Assembly: GCA_964247055.1 (NCBI GenBank)
Contig: OZ176055.1
Location: 9,610,001 to 9,674,000, forward strand
Source of the DNA: Paragordius varius
Lineage: Eukaryota; Animalia; Nematomorpha
Reading direction: 5' to 3'
DNA: 64,000 nucleotides
Made by a program: the position numbers and the translations under genes
Part shown: piece after piece, positions 27,201 to 37,800 of the stretch
Layout: every line of letters begins with the position of its first letter
Numbering within the stretch: the stretch's first letter is position 1
Notes under the pieces: model-generated
Databases searched by the model: none
What the model saw: only the letters and a program-made list of their open reading frames with translations
What the model was told of the DNA's origin: nothing

Positions 27201-29216
27201 ATAATTATACATTTATAATTTAAATAAATTTATTTATATTTGGCGATATTCAGATACTTTAAAATATGTTTTATATATCTTGATCTTATTTTCAATCTTT
27301 GGTGACATAAGTTGTTTGTTAAAATATAAATAGTTGATTGAAAATAAAATGTCAAACATAAAACCGTAACATGCATTTTAACCTACTCAGATATGTTAAC
27401 TATATTTATTATATAAGTTATCAATGTAAAAAAAATATTTTAAAAAATTCAAAAAACCGCAAGTCATATAATTTTTACCTGTATATATCAATGTATCACA
27501 AATATATAGTGATAAATAAATTAGCAATGAACAAAAAATAAAATTTACTAATTTAATAAAAACCGCAATTTACACAAGTTTTTTAAATGTCCAAAATATT
27601 TAGTAATTAATTAAATAACAATGATACAAGATACAAAAAATGTTACATTTGAAATTTGTTAAAAACCGCCATTTTCACCTTTATTTATTAAAATTTCCAA
27701 ATATGTAGTAATTAATTAAATTAACAATATTAAATAAAAAAACAAGAAAATATTAAATTTTATTAAATATAAAAACAACCTCATTTTTTACCTTTATTAA
27801 TTGAAATGTCCAAAATTAATTAATTACAATTAACAATGAAAATCCTCTAAAACAAAAAAATTAACTTTTTACTAAATTTTGTAATTATTATAATGTCCAA
27901 AATATGCAGTAGTTAGTTACAATTAACAATGCAAAACCTAAAAAAAAACAAAAAAAACTAAATATTTACTGAATTTGTTAAAAACCGCAATTTTTACCTG
28001 TAATTATTAAAATGTCCAAAATATGTAGTAGTTAATTACAATTAACAATGCAAAACCTAAAAAAACAAAAAAAAACAAAATTTTTACTAAATTTGTTAAA
28101 AACCGCAATTTTTACCTGTAATTATTAAAATGTCCAAAATATGTAGTAGTTAATTACAATTAACAATGCAAAACCTAAAAAACTAAATTTTTAGTAAATT
28201 TATTAAAAACCGCAATTTTTACCTCTATTTATTATAATGTCCAAAATATGTAGTAATTAATTACAACTAACAATGCAAAACCTAAAAAACAAAAAAAACT
28301 AAATTTTTAGGAAATTTATTAAAAACCGCAATTTTTACCTGATAAAAATAATGCAAAACATAAAAGACAAAAATCTACTTAAATTTTCACAAATATATAT
28401 TTACCTCTGTTTTTTTAATTAGTAATAACAACTATATAAAATTATAATACCAAGATTAATTAATACAGGTATTTAGCATGTTGAAAAATATTTATTATTA
28501 AATTTAGGAATAAATAACATAAAATATCTTAAAATACGTATTTTACTATTTATTAATTTATCAAAGATAAAAACCCACAAAATTCCGCATCTAAATACGT
28601 AACAACAATACAATGCTAACATAAATTGCTATAATATTCCCAAAATTTAACATTACAAAATATCCATCAAATTAAAGCCTATGTTAATTCTCACGTCAAT
28701 CTTCTTTCATATGTGTACTACGAAATAATTTCGTGGGTCAGTATTTTACGCTTTTGATGAACCATTTATGTTATTTGGCAGGCAATAAAATTTATTAACA
28801 GACATTAAAATGCATACTGTATATATAAATCAGCGTTTCTAAAGTATAGTTGTCCCTTTTTCAAAAAACATATTTTAGTTTTATACTTTTTATATCTACA
28901 ATTTTTATTACATATAATATGTATGTATGATAGATTAAAAGTTAAAATCGAATATATATATATATAAATCAGTGTTTCAAAAATATAGTTGTCCCCTTTT
29001 CAAAAAAAATATTTTAGTTTTAGCGTTTTTTGTCTAAAGATATATCTACAATTTTTACTGCATATAAATATATATATGTCTGCCTGTATGTATGATAGAT
29101 TAAAAGCTAAAATCGATTATATATATATAAATCAGTGTTTCCAAAGTATAGTTGTCCCTTTTTCAAAAAACATATTTTAGTTTACTTTTTATACTTTTTA
29201 AATCTACAATTTTTAC

Positions 29217-29262
<46 letters not shown>

Positions 29263-32200
29263 TATCTATCTAAGTGTTGCAAAAATATTGTTGTCTCTTT
29301 TTCAAAAAACATATTTTAGTTTACTTTTTAGACTTTTAATATCTACAATTTTTATTGCATATAAATATGTATGATAGATTAAAAGCTAAAATCGAGGAAT
29401 GGCGCGAAGCCCAACGCCGTTTTAACCGGGTGTGGCGGGAACAGGTGGAAAAAAATTATTTGAAATCATTGGATCATCAAGGTCTCTCCTTCAAACAGAC
29501 CGATGTTAAGGGAATACGTTCCAAGGCTCTGTTGGCAGAAATTGAAGCGATATATGATGAGGTACTTATCATTTTTTAGATGATTTTAACAGTTTTTTGA
29601 TCAAACGCTGAATATTTTATTAAAAAATTTATGCAAAAGAAGGCAATGTTACATTTAAAGATAATATAATTTATATAACACTTTTAAGGCAACCTTTTTT
29701 TTCTCATTTTAAACAACATCAAAATATCTATGATTCTGTCGCTATATTTTTTCATTTTTAATTGCAACTTTATATTCTGAAACATTTTTACATTTTAAAG
29801 ACTGTTATTTGCATTTATAGACATTATTTTTACATTTTAACACAAAATCCATATTTATAGACAACATTTTTCATTTAAAGACAGTTATCTTTATTTAAAC
29901 AAACTTTTTTAAAATAAAACATTACTATAATTTAACCTATGGTTAAAAATTATATATATATGTTGATTGTCATATAATTGATTGGCTTGTTATGATGAGC
30001 ATCAATAGTTGCATTCATAAGCGGTTAGATGTGATCAATTATTTTTATATCAGTAAAAATTTTATCCTTTAACATTATTATTGAGTTTTTCAAAAAACTT
30101 AGCTTAATATAAAGATATCCAAAAATAAATTTAATAAAACTTTATTTTTAACCATGGGTTTCAAAAGCATCGAGACGCAAAACTTCAACGTGCTGCAAAC
30201 CGATTAACATCCATGAGTTTGGTCGCCCCAAAAAGTGTGCCTGAGTTGAGATCAACTTATTACGATATACTATTTAACGAATACCCGCTTGAATTAAAGT
30301 AAGTTAATTTACATTATATGTACATACCATTTACAGTTCTAATTCACACCCCTTGAATAATTCAAATTCACCCTTGAACAGTTCAAATTTACCCCCCTTG
30401 AACAATTCGAATTCACCCTTAAATAATTCAAATTTACCCTTGAATAATTTAATTTCATCCTTGAACAATTCAAATTCCCTTACTCTAAAATGAATTATGT
30501 GTTTTTTAAGATTGAAAATTATCTATATTTTTTAAAAAAATGAAATTTCGTTTAAAGTTTATATGATACTGAAATATTATTAAACTTTTCCATAAGAATA
30601 TATTTCTTATTCAGATGAGTTATATTAGCTTGAAAATACATGAATGTTTAGGGTGAATTTGAATTGTTTAAGGGTGAATTTGAATTGTAAATGTTATACA
30701 ATGGATAATTTTGCATAACTTATTTTTTATCCATCGTTATTTCTTTTTAACACTTATTATTCTTGAGATAAGGAAATATTATATATGGGTTTTTATTTTA
30801 TCTTGTGTCTTTTTTGAGTAAAAAAAGTTAGTTTTTGCTTACTGAATTTTAAATATTATACAGTTTTTACAAATATAAAAAATGAAAACATATTGGATAT
30901 TAAAATATTAGTGGTTTTATCATTCAATTCTAAACAATTTTAACATAATAACTAAAATTTAATTCAAAAATTGGAATAATGTATTTTAATGACCATATGT
31001 TAATTTGTTGGCTTTTTTAGATGCCAATTTTATTTAGCAGGGCTACATTTTACGGGTCACTAATTTTCATTGATGAATTTATAATAATATTCATTAATAA
31101 AAATTAGAAACCCGTAAAAAAACCCTGCTAAATAAAATTAACATCTAAAAAAGCCAACAAATTAACTTATGGTCATCAAAATACATTATTCGGATTATTA
31201 TAAATTTTGGTTTTTATGTAAAAAATGTTTAAGATTGATTAAGGAATAAATATAAATTGTTTATATATTTCTGATATTCCAATTTTCAAAAAAAACTTAT
31301 ACATTTTTATCTAATTATTCATGCAATACAATCTTAGTAAATCAGATTTTAGCGCACTGGCTACGAACCAACAACCTCCTTTGTCATCTTTAATGCCCGG
31401 CTCCAGTAATAACATTGATGCAAAAAATTCTACCACGTTACAGAAAAACGCTTTAAACTGGGATTTTAGGAATAATGTTTTGGCAGATCTTAGCACAGTT
31501 CATATGGCCCTTGATTATTCTGCTATAACTGCAAATGGTATTGTTCAATTTTTTTTACATATATAAGAAAAAGTTGTTTACAGTAAAAATTGAAATTATT
31601 GAGACAATGCGTTAAAGGTAAACGACAAATATTTTTTAATAACTATAAAGACGGCTTTACTTTTTTAAACTTTTGATTATTTTCCCATACCAATCATGTT
31701 TTGGGTTTGCAAAATAAAAAAGAATAGTTATTTAAATTGGAAACACTCTTAGTCTATATTTCATTTGTAACTAATTATTAAGTTATATAGAAAAGATCAA
31801 GGATATTGCTGTTTTTATAAAAAAATAATTATTTATCTTTTATTTTTTCCATTTTGTCATTATAATTCCAATTTTACTGTAATAATATGGTTAATATTTT
31901 ATCACTCATCACTTACGATAAATTAAGATATCGCTATACAAAAATGTTTTTTACCCAGAAAATTGCAAAATCTTTTTTATACTTGCGTTTTTTTCCATAG
32001 ATGCACACGGTACTTATCCATGGATTGACAATAAGATTCTTTTTAGTTTTTAATAGATAAAAAAACTTCATAACCAATTTTTAAAGGCTCTTTTTCTGTT
32101 TTTTAACATTTTTTACTCAAATATGTATAGATGATATCTTATTTTTTAACATTATAACCATTTTTTTTACATTTTTTACTCAAATATGTATATAGATGAA

Positions 32201-34844
32201 CCCTTATTTTTTAAATTTTTTAACCATGTTTTTTACATTATTGACTCAAATATGTCTAGATGATATCTTTTTCTAAACTTTTTCCGTTTTTATACATTTT
32301 TTACTCAAATATATATATATATATGTTAGATGAAATTTTAACCGATGTATCCGACCTCCTAATCTATTATGCCAAACGTCAAATTACGTTAGGCAAGGAG
32401 GATAAACGCCGTGTTAAAGCGCTAATTCGTAAATTTATTCCAGCTTTTTTTGGTCGGGCCCCTGGACAAATGTCTAGCGGTGATGATGAAGACCCCTACC
32501 CTGATGATGAAAATAGCTGTTTAGTGGGTGAAAATTTACCCTCAGAAAGCGAAATCTTACAATCTCGAACAGCTACCATGAATGCTTCAAGTCTGAAAAA
32601 GAAAAATGGAAGTTCCAAAGGTGAGATGAAACTTTTTAATGGTTTGAATGTGACTTTTTAGTGGTTACAATGTAAAAAATATGAGGTATATATAAATAAA
32701 GAGAAGATAAACTTTTTAGTGGTTTATACAGACTTTTTAGGGGTTTAAATGTAAAAAATATGGGGTATATATATATACTTAATATTATTGCAATTATAAT
32801 TTAGTTAAAATAAAATAAAATGACTTATTGGGGTGAATTTTAGATATTACTAAGTAATCTTTGTCAAACGTAAAAACGTATGTTAATCAATACATTAGTA
32901 GTATTTTTGTTAAATAAAGTTAGTAGAAATATATTTTTATATAGTTGGAAAAATTGAGTTGCAATATTGCATATATAAAAATATACTCTTATACGCCTAT
33001 GATTATATTTATAGATGGAAACGCAAATCATGAGAAAAAGAACCAAAATTTATCACTTGAATTAGATGACACAAGTTTTGAGGATTTCAGCACGGGTAAG
33101 TGAATATTTATTCAAAATAAATTTGATATCAAATCTTTTATCATGTAATTAAAAACGTCTAATTACGATGTTTAAAACTTTGTTTAAAGTTTTGAAGAAA
33201 AAAATTATTATTAACCTAATATTTCCATTCATAGGTCAGAAAATTTCGGATCACACAACAACTGGCAATGATCAAGATATAAAAGTTTTTTTCATTTAAA
33301 TATATATTGATATATGTTAACTACAATCTAATTTTTTGGGAAAATTATTTATGAAATTATTAAAATTACAGTAAAAATTGGAATTATACGGACAAAATGT
33401 AAAAATATAAAGACAAATAATTTGTTCTAAAAGACAACCATATTTTTTGAATTTTGATTGTTTTAAATATAATCGATTGTTTTAAAACTGCAAAACATAA
33501 TATGGAAATATAAATTAAGAGCACCTAATCAATTATGTAGTTTACGATTGTAATTAAATATTTTATATAGCAAAAATTAGGTTTATATTGTCTTTTAGAA
33601 AAAAATAATTGTCTTTATATATTTACATTTTATCCGTATAATTTTAGTTTTTACTGTACATACTATTGGTGTGTTTTCAAGGACTAAAAATTCTAATTTA
33701 ATCGCACTAGAAAACGAGCCATGGTGCAACCAAACCCATTATGAATAATAAAAAGTTATTTTATGGCGATGATCACTTGTATCTGTTTTTACGATTACAC
33801 CATGCCCTGTGTGACCGGATAGGTAAATTTTACTCCATATCTCAACAGCAATCAACCACAAGAACCCTAGAAAATAATGAACCCCCTCAAACATCTCCAA
33901 CAAACGATGGAAAAACTAATTATGTTGCCCAGGCGTTACTACTTAAAAATCCAAGTATGTTATACCATTTGCACTCTACAGGAGTGTCCTTGAACATTTC
34001 AAGTTGGTCCTTAAACCACTTTTTTAAATTGTTTTCGGAACTTTATTAATCGAACCGTGGATTATAATTTTATATTTTATTATTCTCTTGATTCAACCAA
34101 ATTTTTGAATCAAAATCAATAATTTTGATCATTTCCATAAACCGTATATCCTTTTTACGTTTTTAACAATATAATTTTAATTAATTTCAACATGTAATTG
34201 AAAAAAAAATATATATGTTTTTTGGGTTATTTTATTTATTTTTTGTTGAAAACATTTATCATTTAATCATATTGTTGGATTATAAAAATGAGTGTGAAAC
34301 AAAAAACTGGTTTTTAGATGAAATATATTTACGCAAAATTTACGGTTTAATCTAATTTTAAAAATTTAAGGACCAACTTGAAGTTTTCAAAGGCTTAAAT
34401 TTTCTACTTTTTTTGCTACAAATTAAATCTAGCATGACAGGCATCACTAAAAGCAAATTAGATTTTTAGAGGTGCTAAAACAAGAGGGGTAGCCTGTCTT
34501 CACTGTTTTGTGCTTGCAAATATCTACCAAATAATTTATTAAGAAATTATGTATATCTTTATATTTTACGGCAATTGAGAAATTATTATTTTATCAAATT
34601 TATGATCAAACTAATAAAAATTTGATGCAGCCAGGGAAGCCATTTGTGCATAACATCCCTCTGCACTAAGTTTATAGATGCTTTATAAGTTTTTTTATAA
34701 TATATATAATCTATTCATGGCAATTAGTCTAAATTATACTTAAAATTTTTAGGAAAAGTTAAGTTTAAAAGCCACATTTTTGCCAATCATTTTAAATCTT
34801 ATTGAGAGTGAGATGATAAAACGTTATTTTTTGTTTACAATAAA

Positions 34845-34875
<31 letters not shown>

Positions 34876-37800
34876 TAGACACAATCAAACCATCGCAATA
34901 TTACAAGGTGTTTTTGGATTTGGTGCGCAACTATTTAGATGGGAATATTGATACATCAACGTATGAGGATTCTTTGCGTGAAATGTATACTATATATGCT
35001 TACCCAGCCTTCACCCTAGACAAAGTCATTCAAAATTGTGTGAGACAGGTAAAAAGAAACATACATGATTTTTTACTTATTAGTAAATTTTACTTTTAAA
35101 GCTTTCAATAAAATAAAATACTAAATGACGTTTCCTTTTTTTGAGAATTTTTTTTAGTAAAATATTGAAATCTGAGAGGTAATAACTAAAAGACTGTTTT
35201 ACCATAAAAGAACCATATCTTTTGAAACCTTGATTTATGTTTTACAGTAAAAAACGAAATTTACAGACACGTAAAAACTCAAAGACATAATTTTTTTAAA
35301 AAACAACTAGAATTTTGAAATCATGATTTCTCACATATATAACGCATCGTTTTGGATTGCAAAATATAGGAGATGAATGGACATATAAATTAGTAATATA
35401 CTCAATTATATAATTCCAAATATGTCACTCTAAAAGTATCGTTGTCTATATTAAATAGATATTTTTGTCTTATAGTTTTCACGTTTTTTATGTATATATA
35501 ATTTCAATCACCCGTTTTTATAATCTATCTGCTTTTTAGCTCAACAATATCGTAGCTGATGAGGATAGTATGTATTTAACACGAACCTTTTTAAAATTAC
35601 AACGGTTACCCCTTTATACAACTGAGCAGCATTCATGCAAAAATTTTGAATTGGCATATTCCCTCATGGCATACAAGTATAGATGTGCCGTTGAAGAAAA
35701 ACTAGTAGATCAAACTGTTTACGAAATTAAAGTAAAACTTATATTCCAATATTTTATATTGCATTTATAAAGTATAAAAAGCTCCAAGAATATCACAAAT
35801 ATGTTATATTGCATCGGAATAAAAAGGCTGAACTGAATGATTAAAACATATATAGGTGGAACATTGTTAAAAAATGTTTAATTTATGATATTTTTACCAT
35901 CAAAAAACTTGTACCTATTGTTATATTACGAAACAAAATTTATATATTCTTTAGTTTCATTGATACTCTAAAAGTTAATCACTTATTGTAAATGTTAAAA
36001 TAAACTTTCGATAATTTGAACAATGTATAGGGATTACTATCAAAAAAGTTTATTTTTATAACATATTTTAAAAAAAATGTAAATTTTTATATCAAATTAT
36101 AAAAAATATGGAAAACTATCAAAAATGTTTAATTTACAACCATATTTTTTAAAGTTTATCGTATTATATAAAATTTTATTTTTTGTTCTAATACATCACT
36201 CACATAGTATTATACGGATCAATCGTTAATGTCAATGACAATGTTAGAATCTATACCACAACCTCCACTTATTGTTTCAACTCAAAATAATGGCGTAGGA
36301 CAAACTGCAAACAATGTTAATAATAGTACATCACCTAATCTTTTCAATTCCAATGTCAGTTCAAACATGACACCTCAAAGAGATGAAAATACAGAGACGG
36401 GTAAAAAGGGAAATGCTGAACAAACCCAAAAAGATTATGAAAATACTAACAGCAGCCATAATAATAAACAAGACATAAAAGATGTTAATTCCTTAAATAA
36501 AAGGTTTGGTTATAGTTTGAAAGCCTAATTACAAAAGATTTCGACATATATTTTATAAAATGTTTGCAATAAAAGTTTAAATAAAACTTAAAAGCCTAAA
36601 GGCATGTATTTTATTTAAAAGTCAGAGTCATGCTTTTTAACATAATTTTTTAAATATTGCTTCAGCGTCGTTGGGAAATAGAGTAAATTGTTAATTCACC
36701 CAATTATACATTTTACAGTCGTGATCATTTAGATTAATAAAAATTCAGGGTTTAAAAAAAGTATGACTCTATCTTTTTTACTGACAAACAAACAATATTT
36801 GCCCCCGTTTTACACTTTCAATCCACAACTATTCTATATTATAATTACAGTCATGTATGTTTAGAATTGTCAAACACACGTTTTTAATTGATTTTACTTT
36901 GTTTTTAATTGTTTTGATGTTTGATATGTCAACTTTCAAAATGCGCATTTTTAAGCCTTGAAATAATAATAGCCTATTTATGGTAAACAATTAAAAATAA
37001 AGTAAAATCAATTAAAAACGTAAGTTTGACAAATCTAAACATACATGAAATATATTATTTAATAGTCTCACACTATGTAATGCAAGTCATTATGCCAATA
37101 TTTTGACCCAATATGTCAACCTAAACAACAATAGTAATAGCTCATCAGCTGTCCCACCCAATCCAGGGATGGAAAAAAATTCTGGCTTACTTAACGTAAT
37201 TCCTTACAATCAGGCCGATGGCCTAGTTAGAGCTGGTCAATATTTAACCGATGTCATTTCCACAGGGGATAACACAATAAGTTGTGGTAAAAAAAATTGG
37301 TCTAAATTATTGAATGATATGTATAGCAATACACCTGCCTGCTTAGGTATGTATATAACTAAATTTTAGTTTTATTGAACATTTGTTAGAAATTGTTAAT
37401 TTTTTATTCATTATTCCATCTTTGGTAGATATTGAGCTTTTACTTGAATCGGCAAACTCTATACTCAATAGTAATAGCAATAATTCAAATCCAAACTCCA
37501 TAAATAATGTTGATCCGCCCCCTCATGTAAGCCCTAAAAACCCGATGCCCCCGTCTAATGTAAATGACGAAACGACAAAATCAAGAGTTATACGATTGAG
37601 AAAACAAAAAGCTTTGTTAAAATATGCCATGGAGAGTCGACCACCCACATTTTTGTACAGGTAAATTTTATTTCTTAACACCATTTATCTTATTTTATAA
37701 TTCCATAGAAATGCCGTGCGAGGAATGAAACTTCACACTTTCCTTAATCGTTGGGAATGGCTCCAAAACAACAAAACTGTAAAACCAAATTTTTTGGATC

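Larger units (their letters stand above)
20811..29561 (+). other. SIN3: SIN3 HDAC-interaction domain (exons 19-23)
   Basis: [97 protein letters not shown]. Confidence 0.92.

Noticed and set aside
24644-28819. Foldback as a sequencing or assembly chimera
   Set aside because: It has TA flanks, termini shared with independent MITEs, arm differences, and flanking repeat resuming in register. A long-read check is still advisable.
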